From positions 62,186,001-62,250,000 of the forward strand of contig NW_024704746.1 of NCBI RefSeq assembly GCF_018977255.1: a stretch of 64,000 bases of DNA. Direction: 5' to 3'. Position 1 is the stretch's first letter; every line of letters starts with the position of its first letter. Below the pieces are notes generated by a model. It was not told the origin of the DNA. It was given only the letters and a program-made list of their open reading frames with translations, and made no database searches. Shown here one piece after another: positions 48,001 through 56,965 of this stretch. The position numbers and the translations under genes are program-made. Source of the DNA: Callorhinchus milii (Eukaryota).

Positions 48001-48268
48001 ACCCTATTCAGTTATAAATTCTTCACCGACTCTTCATAACTAATGATTGTTACATTTGTTTGTTTTTTGATCATTGCGTGGTCTGAATATTGAATAACAG
48101 AAGTCAATCTTATGATAATTTCCAAAAGAAAACTGTAACAAAAGAAACAAAAACCTTACATGGCAAGATATCCTTATATCTGTTCTTCTTAACATTTTCT
48201 TCCTTTTCTCCAGTGTTTGTTGGATAGATCTTTTCGGTTCTGTATTTTGTTGAAAGTCTTCGGAGTCG
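5966..48268 (-). CDS. PTPN12: Tyrosine-protein phosphatase non-receptor type 12 (PTP-PEST); spliced CDS span of exons 2-18, exon 1 outside the window
   Basis: 17 exons joined by GT-AG introns total 2247 nt (748 aa + TGA). They contain the PTP motifs [41 protein letters not shown] and QTKEQY, plus the PEST-region motifs [23 protein letters not shown] and the C-terminus [13 protein letters not shown]. Confidence 0.98.
6195..6522 (+). mobile_element. Young tRNA-derived SINE (short subfamily)
   Basis: A box TAGCTCAGTGG, B box GTTCAATTCC, L2-type 3' stem-loop, (ATT)n tail; near-identical to four other copies. Confidence 0.95.
9141..9266 (-). CDS. PTPN12: PTPN12 exon 17 (126 nt): (E)[41 protein letters not shown](G)
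   Basis: tttcctttcAG / GTgagc; open, phase 1-1; ends SDL|G like TDI|G of the mammalian protein, otherwise divergent. Confidence 0.8.
9783..10875 (-). mobile_element. L2 LINE 3' fragment interrupted by a SINE at 10188-10517
   Basis: ORF2-like [36 protein letters not shown] and [13 protein letters not shown] on both sides of the SINE. Confidence 0.9.
10188..10517 (+). mobile_element. Young tRNA-derived SINE (short subfamily)
   Basis: Nearly identical to the 6195 copy. Confidence 0.95.
10990..11172 (-). mobile_element. CR1 LINE 3' fragment
   Basis: Reverse complement matches the CR1 end at 42380-42525 (gatgggctgaa...cttctgtgctgta). Confidence 0.7.
12265..12295 (-). CDS. PTPN12: PTPN12 exon 16 (31 nt): [10 protein letters not shown]
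   Basis: ttttaacAG / GTgagt; its 0-to-1 phase is required to join exons 15 and 17. Confidence 0.85.
12425..12492 (-). CDS. PTPN12: PTPN12 exon 15 (68 nt, or 80 nt with an alternative in-frame donor): (V)[22 protein letters not shown]
   Basis: ctaacccAG / GTgagg; the EWS resembles RSEWS of the mammalian protein; phase 1 to 0. Confidence 0.85.
12595..12912 (-). mobile_element. L2 LINE 3' end
   Basis: Tail plus ORF2 C-terminal remnant. Confidence 0.85.
13880..14250 (+). mobile_element. Old DeuSINE-type element
   Basis: gtgccatctttcagatgggatgttaaa...gtggacatt..gatcccatg...gagaagggagtt. Confidence 0.7.
14766..15086 (+). mobile_element. Young tRNA-derived SINE (short subfamily, altered 5' end)
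   Basis: Identity to the 6195 copy from ggttagagcactcgc onward. Confidence 0.93.
15130..15480 (-). mobile_element. Decayed CR1 fragment
   Basis: gccgaagagcattaacttatccagccgttcctca...ttgttgctcttcactgcctc resembles a reversed CR1 ORF2 C-terminal region. Confidence 0.5.
15752..16218 (-). mobile_element. L2 LINE 3' end
   Basis: Tail plus ORF2 remnant; uninterrupted counterpart of the 9783 copy. Confidence 0.9.
16270..16770 (+). mobile_element. Old L2 fragment
   Basis: Pyrimidine-rich L2-like body ending in gtaaaagcactttgagg...aaaggtgctaaagtgcaaattgtt. Confidence 0.6.
17224..17539 (-). mobile_element. Young tRNA-derived SINE (short subfamily)
   Basis: Reverse complement of the 6195 copy. Confidence 0.95.
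17679..18066 (+). mobile_element. tRNA-derived SINE (long subfamily)
   Basis: Head, extra segment ctgtttacctagcagtaagtaggaacccgg, and tail. Confidence 0.93.
18100..18177 (-). CDS. PTPN12: PTPN12 exon 14 (78 nt): (H)[25 protein letters not shown]
   Basis: ttttttttaAG / GTaaga; P4 motif [12 protein letters not shown]. Confidence 0.95.
18310..18577 (-). mobile_element. 5'-truncated SINE (long subfamily), abutting a short + strand tail at 18581-18605
   Basis: Tail through to gggcgaaaccttaggcaagtttcc. Confidence 0.88.
18740..19250 (-). mobile_element. CR1 LINE ORF2 fragment
   Basis: [25 protein letters not shown]...[17 protein letters not shown]; [12 protein letters not shown]-like segment at about 18860-18900. 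Confidence 0.92.
19392..19595 (-). mobile_element. L2 3' fragment
   Basis: Same pattern as the other L2 ends (reverse of [13 protein letters not shown]). Confidence 0.8.
20230..20420. mobile_element. Possible hAT-type MITE remnant
   Basis: gtaggtcaacctt...gagggccagat and a second gggccagat, typical of hAT subterminal repeats; very decayed. Confidence 0.35.
21635..21830 (-). mobile_element. SINE 3' half
   Basis: Tail and body match the SINE family. Confidence 0.85.
22131..22479 (+). mobile_element. tRNA-derived SINE (long subfamily)
   Basis: Head, extra segment and tail present. Confidence 0.9.
22482..22738 (-). mobile_element. L2 RT fragment
   Basis: [20 protein letters not shown], preceded by a remnant of the YADD region. 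Confidence 0.85.
22740..22912 (-). mobile_element. DeuSINE-type 5' half
   Basis: Reverse strand reads gagtcagaaggctgtgggttcaaatcccac...ccagtgcagtgctg...cggatgagatgttaaac. Confidence 0.8.
24320..24545 (-). mobile_element. CR1-type LINE 3' end
   Basis: Terminal repeat acataagaacataagaa, then ccaaggtccatc. Confidence 0.75.
24545..24806 (-). mobile_element. Young L2 3' end
   Basis: [15 protein letters not shown] plus tail. Confidence 0.92.
25200..25605 (-). mobile_element. L2 3' end
   Basis: [27 protein letters not shown] plus tail. Confidence 0.88.
26107..27074 (-). CDS. PTPN12: PTPN12 exon 13 (968 nt), large PEST exon: (S)[17 protein letters not shown]...[10 protein letters not shown]...RADK
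   Basis: ctgtAG / GTaagt; coincides with ORF 26063..27067; carries the P2 motif and NPLH. Confidence 0.97.
27455..27732. mobile_element. Two SINE 3' halves in inverted orientation (27455-27600 minus, 27612-27732 plus)
   Basis: Both match the SINE tail. Confidence 0.8.
28578..28745 (-). mobile_element. SINE 3' half
   Basis: Tail and body match. Confidence 0.85.
29756..29841 (-). CDS. PTPN12: PTPN12 exon 12 (86 nt): [28 protein letters not shown](S)
   Basis: ttttccAG / GTaatt; P1 proline motif PPPKPPR. Confidence 0.95.
29955..30332 (+). mobile_element. tRNA-derived SINE (long subfamily)
   Basis: Full length. Confidence 0.92.
30655..30836 (+). mobile_element. SINE 3' half
   Basis: Tail and body match. 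Confidence 0.82.
31595..31681 (-). CDS. PTPN12: PTPN12 exon 11 (87 nt): [29 protein letters not shown]
   Basis: ccttcAG / GTgagt. The donor was chosen as the best consensus; a weaker in-frame GTttgt lies 9 nt further on. Confidence 0.9.
32036..32113 (-). CDS. PTPN12: PTPN12 exon 10 (78 nt): [26 protein letters not shown]
   Basis: cttccAG / GTatgt; Q-loop. Confidence 0.97.
32806..32872 (-). CDS. PTPN12: PTPN12 exon 9 (67 nt): (S)[22 protein letters not shown]
   Basis: ttccatAG / GTgagt; completes the [11 protein letters not shown]-loop. Confidence 0.97.
34010..34272 (+). mobile_element. DeuSINE-type 3' part ending about 8 nt from the exon 8 donor
   Basis: caggtggacgttaaagatcccttggcactattggaaaagag... 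followed by an (ATT)n tail. Confidence 0.85.
34282..34424 (-). CDS. PTPN12: PTPN12 exon 8 (143 nt): [47 protein letters not shown](S)
   Basis: acatAG / GTatgg; WPD loop and catalytic HC. Confidence 0.97.
35388..35447 (-). CDS. PTPN12: PTPN12 exon 7 (60 nt): [20 protein letters not shown]
   Basis: ctctccAG / GTgagt. Confidence 0.96.
36679..37039 (+). mobile_element. tRNA-derived SINE (long subfamily)
   Basis: Full length, with a small deletion in the head. Confidence 0.9.
38045..38435 (+). mobile_element. tRNA-derived SINE (long subfamily)
   Basis: Full length; internal duplication of agtatattc. Confidence 0.92.
39900..40230 (+). mobile_element. DeuSINE-type element
   Basis: gagtcagatggctgtaggttcaagccc...ggatgaaacgttaagccga...aaagatctcatggca. 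Confidence 0.8.
41166..41530 (+). mobile_element. tRNA-derived SINE (long subfamily)
   Basis: Full length. Confidence 0.9.
41923..41994 (-). CDS. PTPN12: PTPN12 exon 6 (72 nt): [24 protein letters not shown]
   Basis: ttcatAG / GTaagt; KCxxYWP motif. Confidence 0.96.
42380..42526 (+). mobile_element. CR1 LINE 3' end
   Basis: gatgggccgaatggcctccttctgtgctgta..ttctatgattcta terminus. Confidence 0.88.
43311..43349 (-). CDS. PTPN12: PTPN12 exon 5 (39 nt): [13 protein letters not shown]
   Basis: tttgcAG / GTgagt; in frame with its neighbours. Confidence 0.96.
43660..44220 (+). mobile_element. Highly decayed CR1 ORF2 fragment
   Basis: Remnants ggcagatgagatttcaat..., gatttaggtgtgatt, ccttatacagacattggtgaggc. 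Confidence 0.55.
45056..45366 (-). mobile_element. Young tRNA-derived SINE (short subfamily)
   Basis: Reverse complement of the 6195 copy. Confidence 0.95.
45610..45705 (-). CDS. PTPN12: PTPN12 exon 4 (96 nt): [32 protein letters not shown]
   Basis: ttttcAG / GTaagt; YIATQGP and DFWRMIWE motifs. Confidence 0.97.
46398..46474 (-). CDS. PTPN12: PTPN12 exon 3 (77 nt): (F)[25 protein letters not shown]
   Basis: ctatAG / GTactt; phase 1 matches exon 2; DYINA motif. Confidence 0.97.
47100..47255 (-). mobile_element. SINE 3' half (similar fragments at 39295-39430, 48790-48940, 49543-49645, 50895-51055, 56225-56390, 58632-58715, 62995-63085)
   Basis: All match the SINE tail and body. Confidence 0.8.
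48160..48268 (-). CDS. PTPN12: PTPN12 exon 2 (109 nt): [36 protein letters not shown]
   Basis: Acceptor tttttacAG, donor GTaagg; KNRY phosphotyrosine-recognition loop. Confidence 0.97.
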
Positions 48269-48954
48269 CTGTAAAAAAAATTAAAAATATCTGAATAAGA
48301 TTCAAGAGCACATTTTATTGATCCAGCACAGCATACAGATAGATGTGCACAATTTTCAGCTAGCTTCTTTAAGGAGACTCGGTTTTTCCCAATTATATTT
48401 TAACAAAAAGGGAAACATGCAGTTCTTAGGCTAAAGTTTACCAGATACTATGACTGTACGTTTCTAGCACATTTTAATATGATGCCTCACCGTAGTCTGT
48501 TATTTCCTGGCATACATTCCCACATAATGCATGCATTCCCACTTGAATGTTTTTGGCAGTAATATAGATTACTGGGTTGAGATTGTACCAGTACTGGGTG
48601 AAAGATCTCAGTCATAGTGCAAATCTCCAACAGGTCTCAATTCAAGACGGGGCATCTCAGAGGTTTAACTACACCTCAGATACTGATCGCTCTCTTGAAA
48701 GATCAGGATTCATGGTTTATGGAGAACAGGTTTAAAACATTGGGGAAAATACAACTAAAAGAGATTATTATAATAACATAATTTGTTATGAATAATTTGA
48801 TATAACACCTGAGCGCATCTTCGAGACATCTCAAAGCTCTTCACAGAATATACTGTAAAATGAATTGACTGCATATTTTGTGGGCGAAATGCGGCAGCCA
48901 ATTGCACACAGCAGCGTCCCACAAACAGTTGTGGATTGAAGATTTTTTTCTTAT

Positions 48955-49278
48955 TGAAGTACAGTATTCAAGATCTTAAAGGGCATAGATAAACTTACCA
49001 GGCAAAAAAGGACAAAGGGGATAAGGACTTGAGCTCAGGAAAGGCAATGTAAACACATAGTTCAGATTTAATTACTTCACGCAGAGTAACGAATACGTGA
49101 CACAGACTTGCCAAGGAAAAGGCGGAGACTTATTTATCAAATTCATACAGGAAACTTGACAGGTATTTGGCCAAGAAATAAATTAAAGATTATGATTTGG
49201 ATTTTTTTCCCACTTTGGGACCAGCCAGATGGACCTCAATGGTGTTTTCTGGTGAGGTACATTCCTATGTTTCTATGC
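48955..49278 (+). mobile_element. Decayed CR1 3' end
   Basis: gtattcaagatcttaaagggcatagataa...acttcacgcagagt...ccagatggacc...ttcctatgtttctatg. Confidence 0.7.
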
Positions 49279-51064
49279 AATGAAACAGATTGAACATGAG
49301 AAAAAAAAATCTGTTGTTCGCCAAATTAACAGGATGGAAACACTGGGAAGCGACAGTAGTGAGTTTCCAATCTTGGAAATTGAAAGCACAATTTCAGCAC
49401 AACACACAGGTATTGGGATGTACAGAGTCTCATTAGGATCCACTACATTCCCTTTATATTTCACTCATTTATTATTTATTTTGGAGAAGCAAAAACTACA
49501 ACATTAAGTGAAAGGGGCTCTTTATTCTCTTCCCTCTCCATTTATAATAATCCTAGCACTTGATATGCCACCTTATCACATCATCAAGACAACTCAAAGG
49601 GCTTCACAGAATACACCGTAAAGTGAATTGATTGTATATTTTTGGGGCACTTCCAATGTGTTTCAATTAAAACAAGTGTACAAAACTTTTGCGATTTTAA
49701 GTTAAACCTACTTTATTTACAAATTTTGTCTTTATTAGACTGGCCTATGGCCTTCACTCTCAAGTATCTCACACTTCCATATTTATTCAAACCCCATGAT
49801 TGTAGTACAGAACTCCATTTTCAATAAAGTCCAAGTCAACATGCAGAATGTCAAAACCTGTACGATAAATATAGCCTTCTACAGTTCAACTTCCAAATAC
49901 AAATACTCCATAACCAAGGGGATAAAACAACCTGGCCTGGGATGCTGTTTCTTTAAAATGTCTGCCTCAGTCCAAGAGCTATCCAAGGCAAGAGTCTTCC
50001 TGCTCCATTGTATACATAAGGGCCTTGCTCTAGTCTAAACCATCCCTCAGTTACTGACTGAAGTTGGCAGTAGAGAAGCTAAGTTAACGCAAGAAAGTTA
50101 AAATACACAAAAGCTTCAAGGCACATCATATCAAAAAGAGAACCAAAAGGTGAGGAAGTAAGTGAGAAAGCTTTATAAATGGAGGTTTAACTAAATTCAA
50201 AATAAAGGACTAAAATAATATTCTTCCTCATTCACAAACTTTCTGTATGCTATTGGCTTGTGCATTACAGCACAGTTTTAACCTAATGATCAGCATCAAA
50301 ACCAGCACCATTAAAGCAAGAACTTGAATTGTCAGATCACTGGAGTCACTTTATGCAGCTTATCCACTATGGCCCAAAATACAGCAGTAGGAAAAGTAAA
50401 ATGGCCCTTTAATCATCAATCCTCCTTGCAAGACAGTATCAATGTCCTAATTTCAGTTTAATGATGTTTGCGCAAGGTAAGAAAATTGACATTTAATTAT
50501 TTCTTTAAGATGGAGAGGTACTTTGAAGTAGCTCCAAACTCTCCTTTTATCTCAAACTTTTGAAGTCGTGTTTGTGAATGAAGTGGGTAGGTTTAACAGG
50601 GAGCAGAAACCCCAGCTGGTGAATTTAGTTTTACTCATGCAAACCTGGCTAAGCTGAGATCAACAAAGTCAGGATAGATCAGGATTCAAACCAGTGAGCC
50701 CCAGTAAGCTGCGGCTCTAACCACTTAATAACCCCACAGAACAATTTTTAAATGCGATTTTGGAAGGGGTCCAGGTTCCCCGATAGTCTAGTGCCCTGAC
50801 ACGAAGGACACTATACAAGTTGTTGTTTTCTACAAATGTGGGGTTGGTGGTTGGTTGGTGGTTGAGCAAGAGATAAGGGAGAAATGACCATATGCATAAT
50901 AATAATCCTTGCATTTGATATAGCACCTTATCACGTCATTGAGACCCAATAAAGCGATTCACAGACTATATTGACTCTGCATTTTGTGGGGTGAAACACG
51001 GCAGCCAATTGCGTACAGCGGTGTCCCACAAACAGTCGTGGATTGAGTGATCACACTTTTGGGG

Positions 51065-51400
51065 GTGAAGAGGTACACTTTAAAAGACTTAGAAAGGAGA
51101 TGAGACAGAACAGCAGAGGAAGGGAATTCAAGAAATTAGGGTATAAAATCTAAATGCTTGGCCTTCAACAGTGGTGTGAAGAGGGTGAGGAGCGCTCATA
51201 ATCTCGAGTTAGTCAAGCCGAGGAGGTGTGCTGAGGAGTGAGGTAGGAGAAGGACAGAGAAATAGGGAGGTGCTCGGAAACGAAGGGATTTACAGGTGAA
51301 GGTGAAAATTTAGACACTAACGTGCTGGCAGGCAGGGAGCCAGTGGAGCATGGCTGGGATTGGGGAGGTTGGCAAACTGAGTTTACAGTGAGTGGGTGAG
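51065..51400 (-). mobile_element. Old L2 3' fragment
   Basis: gggaattcaaga...gggatttacaggtgaaggtgaaaatttag...gggagccagtggagc. Confidence 0.7.
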
Positions 51401-53747
51401 GGTACTAAATTAAGAGCGCTGAACTGGTAGATTGTTCAGACTGCAGTCAAACTGCAGTCCTTTTATCCAAATCACACACATTCCAGCCACCGCAGCATTA
51501 TCCAATTCTGACCTCTGCAAGATTGACCTCTGCAAGAATGACTTCATCTAAATAGAACTGAAAGAGGAAGAAGTAGTCACATAAACCAGGAGTGTTTTTC
51601 CCTACAAAAGTCTGAAGCAGACAAAAGATTTCACGTTGCTCAAAGGGAAATAAGTCTAGGATAGAAACTTCTGTGGTATAGTAGTAGTATAGTGTATGGA
51701 GTACAGTGAGATTCAAACATAAACCACTGCTCTTTTTTTAAAAAAAATGATGCAAGGGAAACTCCTGTTGTCAGCTCCCCGTTACCAGGGAGCTGAAGAA
51801 AATGCCTGCTCCAACCCTGGTAACACAGAGTTAGTCTTTCACAAACAACTGAGTGAATTGCTAACTTAGAAGTTTGACAATCAGCTGCTTGTAGTGCTTG
51901 GTGAAATACTGGCGAAGACACGAGGGACAACTCAATTATTCCACTAAATTGCACTAGCTGAATGGTAAAGACAGGAATACAGTTTTGGTCCTAGACTTCA
52001 ATTTCCTATAAAGCGGTAGCGGGGGGGGAAGGAACAGAAGTCAGCGTGGGTAAAGAAAGAACAAGAGCTTCTCTTGGTTTAGTGCAGTGTGTCCTGTAAC
52101 AGAACAGTAGAAAACAAGAACATCTAATGCCGAATACAACAAACTATATTGAGGAATGATTTTGCAAATAAACTAAATCTGAAAACAAACTGAACTAAAT
52201 ATCTAACTGGAAAGACAGCTTAAGACTTGTGAATCAATTCACCGTATATGAATAATTACAAATTTTCACTCTTTCCCACAAAGGCAGGAAGCACCAGTCC
52301 AGCTCAGAAAAGAGGTGTTTTAAACGTAATCACACTTGCAAAAGGTAACATAGGTGACAGACCACACCATTCAAAAGAAACTTCATTCACAGCTACTTCA
52401 CTGAAATGGATAGCCACAAAAATAAAGTGTTAAAAGTTACAGCAATGGACAGTCCATATTTGTAAGTAATGAGAGATCTGTTCACAGAGGAAGCGTTTGG
52501 GGGAAGAGAAATTCAGAAATTTAATGAGACAATTCTCCATCCTGTGTTGGCTCCGAGGCAGATTGTTAGTTTAACATCATGAACCCATGCCCCCGAGGAA
52601 GCGTTAAATTGTTCTTATAACCTCTGTTGAGGCTAACCAAATATATTACCAGTCTAAACTGGATTTAAAGTCAGCTCCCAAAGACGAAAGACCATTATGT
52701 GAACCCACCAGACTACTTAGTCCTCTTCAACCCTTTATAATTTGAACTTTGCAATTCAGAAACGCCACATTATCCCTAACCTTTCTCCTATTCCAAGAGT
52801 CACAAATCAAATTCAACTTACATTCACTTACAGGTCAGATACTGTCAGATCAGCAAAAATCTGAAAATTTCATTGAACCTCACTGAAATACTAGCAACAT
52901 AATCATGGTGGAGTGGAGTATGTCCCAAACACAATGAAGCCCCCTGCCCCTCCCCCCAAAATAATGACCTGTAAGTGAAACTCCAAGGAAGAATGCACAA
53001 GAAAGCACATTTTTAAAAAAACAAAGCAATCAACAAATACTGGAAGTGCAAAAATCTAAAAGATAGAAATGAGAAAAACATCACAGAATGAAAAAAGGAG
53101 ATTTTGGGGGGCTTGCCGGCAATATAAAAATATATACGGCACATCTTAAAAATATTCAAAGAATAGGAACTTACATGCCAGAAGAATTAACTGCTGTGTT
53201 TCCTTTTCCCTCAACATTATGAGTCTCATTTATTTGAAATACACTAAATATATTGCCAGGAAATTAGAAATTTAAACAAACACAGAATGAAAAACACAAA
53301 GTCCAGAAGTGGAAGATAAAGAAATGCATACGACAAAACTGTCCTAAGACAGACAAACCGCTTTTCAAATTCAAAAGACAAGATTGGGAAGTGGAATTTA
53401 GCCTGGAAGCAAACATGAGTTACTCCTTGGAGTACTGAACGCAAGAAAGATCTTATCGATCAGCTTCAAGGCTATTTGAGAAGACAATACTAGAGTTGGA
53501 AGAGCTATATTAAATTTACTCAGTATCACAAGTGAAGTTAAATGATATCTTTCTGGTACGAGGATGCACCTATGATCAGCTAGTTCCTCTCCATCAACTG
53601 CGATGCCGTCACCTCTATTAAAATTAATAGATTATGTTGTACCCGAAGTTGAATTGGTTGAAAATGAATTGAACCAGTCTAACCTGCTCATAACTGTGTA
53701 CGTTCAGTACTTAAAAAAAAACTTCTCAAAAATCAGTAGAATAAATA

Positions 53748-53967
53748 CAGTGGAGCTTCATAATAACATGGTGGTTGGGATCTATAAGATTCCAACCAGC
53801 AAGTGTAACAGGGGCAATGGTCAGTCAATGCTTCCGTGCACTCTCCCTATGCGCGCAGAAAATCAATTCGGTTTCATGCGTTCATTAGATTTTTTGATAA
53901 TTAAATGTCAAGGTCCACACTTTAACTAAATCTATACTGGAATGAAGCACATAACAAGGTTCTATGG
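53748..53967. mobile_element. Possible Tc1/mariner (Tigger-like) MITE remnant
   Basis: TA-cagtggagcttcataataac at the left and ataacaaggttctatgg-TA at the right form imperfect inverted termini. Confidence 0.4.
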
Positions 53968-54033
53968 TAGTTCTGCATTTTTTGAAAATGCAGTACTCAA
54001 ATACCTTAATACCAAGAAATTTACAATAACATC

Positions 54034-54192
54034 GCACAACAACAAGATTGCATTTATAGAGCGCCTTTCACGTCGGGAGGACGTCCCAAGGCGCTGGACA
54101 GTTGGGTCGGGACCTGAGCAGGGGGGAAATGGTCAGGGTGAGGGGAGGGAAGGGAGGAAGCGAGGAGGGGGTAGAGAGTCGAGCTGAAGGCA
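54034..54192 (-). mobile_element. Young L2 3' end
   Basis: Near-identical to the copies at 1263 and 24545. Confidence 0.92.
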
Positions 54193-55389
54193 CAATACTC
54201 TAGCTATGGAAAGTCATAGTGAACACATAAATATACCTGGTGAACAACAGACAAGTACTGTTGAAATCCAGGCTGTCAGCAATAGCTCATTGGATTGATC
54301 CCTTTCATTTGTTTTATGTATTAAAAAAATGGGATGTTCATTATTATGCACAAGTCAAAGGATTCTTTGACAACAGGACCAGTCAGCTTTTGCAAACCCA
54401 ATGGCAAATTCAGCAGTTAGCTCCACAATGTGGGGAAGCCCTGGATTAGGAAACAGTCCCTTTTGCAAGTCAAATTGAGGCGTGTCTCTACATTGAAAGT
54501 GATCTCTTGATTTTTCATAAATGAAAGATGTGCCAACTATCATTCATAAAATTATTACAGCAGGTTTTAACACAATCTAGACCATCTCCCTGCCATTTGC
54601 CTTTTGACCTGTGAGACAAATACATTCATGGTACCAAGAATCATTAATGCTGTACAGCATGGTTAAAAAAAACCACACTAACATTTTAAGCAAGAAATAT
54701 CAATTTCACAAAGGAAGTATTTCACATCCTTAAGGTACAAGTGTCGTTTTCTATGTTAATCTCAACATGAAACAATAACATTTAGCAAGGCAGATTGTAA
54801 AATTGCTGGATTTCAGATTTATGTGGAAAATCATGTATATCACATCATGTGATAACCCTTTTTCAACTTGGGAAACAATCCAAATAGCTCAAACACAGAA
54901 CAAAAACAGTTCCCAACAGTTTAAGAATAAATTGGTTAATATTACCCATGTGCAGTATTTTTTTTAAAAAAGGAGCAAAGAAATGGGATTAAACATATGA
55001 AGAGCATCCATGATCTACTAAATGGCAGCGATAGAAAGATTGGCTGAACAGTCACACCAGGAAACAATTCTGTTGCAATTAGCCTCCCTTTTCAGTCAGT
55101 AATTTATAACCCTTCGCCAATTTTGACTTAAAATTAAATCTTACAGCAAAAGCAAATTTACTAACTCAAGGAAGGAAGCATTTCCTGAGAAAAAGATTTG
55201 CCACAAAAACATCACTTTCTGCTATACACAGTGTAACCAGCATCTGACTTACCCTAACGTATCCTTCCTTTCCTTCCGTATATTTTCTTTCCCTCCTCGC
55301 CCCCCTTCCTGGGATAGATTTTCACTGACATCTTATACAAATGGGTCTTATTCATGTGTGAGCCTCAATAGTGAGTTGGCAAGCTATTC

Positions 55390-55850
55390 CAACAACAACT
55401 TACATTTATATAGCATCATTCACTCAGGGTAGGTCCCATAGCGCTTAACAGTAGACAGAGCACTACACTGAGCCTGGGGGAGGTGACTGTAGGCATGGTC
55501 GAATAGGAAGGTCTTCAGGCGTGACCTGAAGGTGGCGAAGGAAGGGGCAAAGTGGAGGGATAGAGGGCGAGGGTTCCAGAGCTTCGGGGAGTAGTGGCTG
55601 AAAGCGCATCCACCAATGGTGGAACGGACATGCAGAAGGCTGGAGCCCGTCGAGCACTGGCAGCGGGTTGTGTGGTAAGCAGGTCGGAGAGGTAGGGAGG
55701 AGTCAGGGCATCAAGGGATTTGAAAATGAGTGTGAGCATCTTGCAATTGATCCGTTCGGTAATAGGGAGCCAGTGGAGCCTGGCTAGAACTGGCGTGATG
55801 GGGGGGGGGGTACGGAGTTTAGTACGGGTGAGTATATCACAGCAGAGTAA
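55390..55850 (-). mobile_element. L2 3' end
   Basis: ITPVLARLHWLPITERINCKMLTLIFKSLDALTPPYLSDLL. Confidence 0.92.
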
Positions 55851-56639
55851 ATCATAGCTGAGCCCAATCTTTCCTCTCCTGGTGGTGTACTCATACATGC
55901 CTACAAGATATCTCAGCGCAGCAATCAGGATTAGAATCCTAGCCTGATTTTTCCATTCCTAAACAATTAATGGTTAAAAAAAAATGCCATCATCAACCCA
56001 TGCTGTAAGAGTTGAGACAGAAATGGCATTTATGCACACATCCTTTACACACCCTCAATAAGCTGATCCTATTGAGACACACCAAAAATAAAATTCAATC
56101 TCCATTAATGAAATGATGTCCAAAATGATCCCAGGTTTCCATTGACAATAAAATCAGCATTTCCCTTAAACAAGATATTCTTCAATTAAGACAAATCATA
56201 AATTTTGCCAAACTATAATTACAAAAAAATGTGGTTACTCAATTCACAACTGTTTGTGGGACACTGCTGCACGTAATTGACTAGTGCATTTCACCCACAA
56301 AATACACTGTCAATCCACTTTACAACATATTCTGCGCTTTGAGACGTCTCAACAGCAGAATAAAGTTCTACATCAAATGCAGGGATTATTATACCACCCA
56401 AGTAAAGCTTTGAGTGTATATAACAAGGTATTCATAAAAGACTAATCTCTTGAGCTACTTATAGTTGAATGAAGTGACAAGAATCTGGTCAAAGATGAAC
56501 CAGAAATGCAAAAACTCAAAAATATAAAACTGAAATTAAATCAATGTACAAGGGCTCTTGGGGCCAGACAGCGTGAGAGACAGAAAAAGGAAGTCATGGA
56601 CTGGCATTTGCCTCTCTCTCATTGAGTAAATTATACTGT

Positions 56640-56965
56640 TAGGTCCCAGTGATAGCTCAGTGACCAGCAGACTCATATAGATCAGGTCAACTACTGATCT
56701 GGATTAACTCGTCTCAGCCAAGATAGCAGCAGGGCCTCTATTATTGATCTTAGCACAGTTTTAGCACAGGGACGGAAAAATAATCAGTCAGGGCTCCCAC
56801 TGCTCATCCATAACCAATAATCTCACTTGAAGATACTGACTTTATTCAGGTGGACAGGATTTGGTTTAGGCCCACAGCACCGCACTAATCCCATATTTGC
56901 TGCAGTCACGATCAAGGTTCATTGATGACCACCTGATTGAGCTGGCAGAGCCTGTGACCCTATAA
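56640..56965 (+). mobile_element. Ancient SINE-like repeat of a third family (other copies about 24000-24300, 47265-47560, 46840-46960, 50595-50725, 55330-55960)
   Basis: Shared degenerate core ...gggaaaaa.cag(c)cagggttcctgctcctgatc...ccagtgacc.ctgctggaaagtg...caggat.gg.ct.agctg. Confidence 0.55.

Noticed and set aside
51509-51543. Short tandem duplications (tgacctctgcaaga twice; also tacagta repeats at about 39680-39730)
   Set aside because: Ordinary slippage products with no spacer structure; not CRISPR-like.
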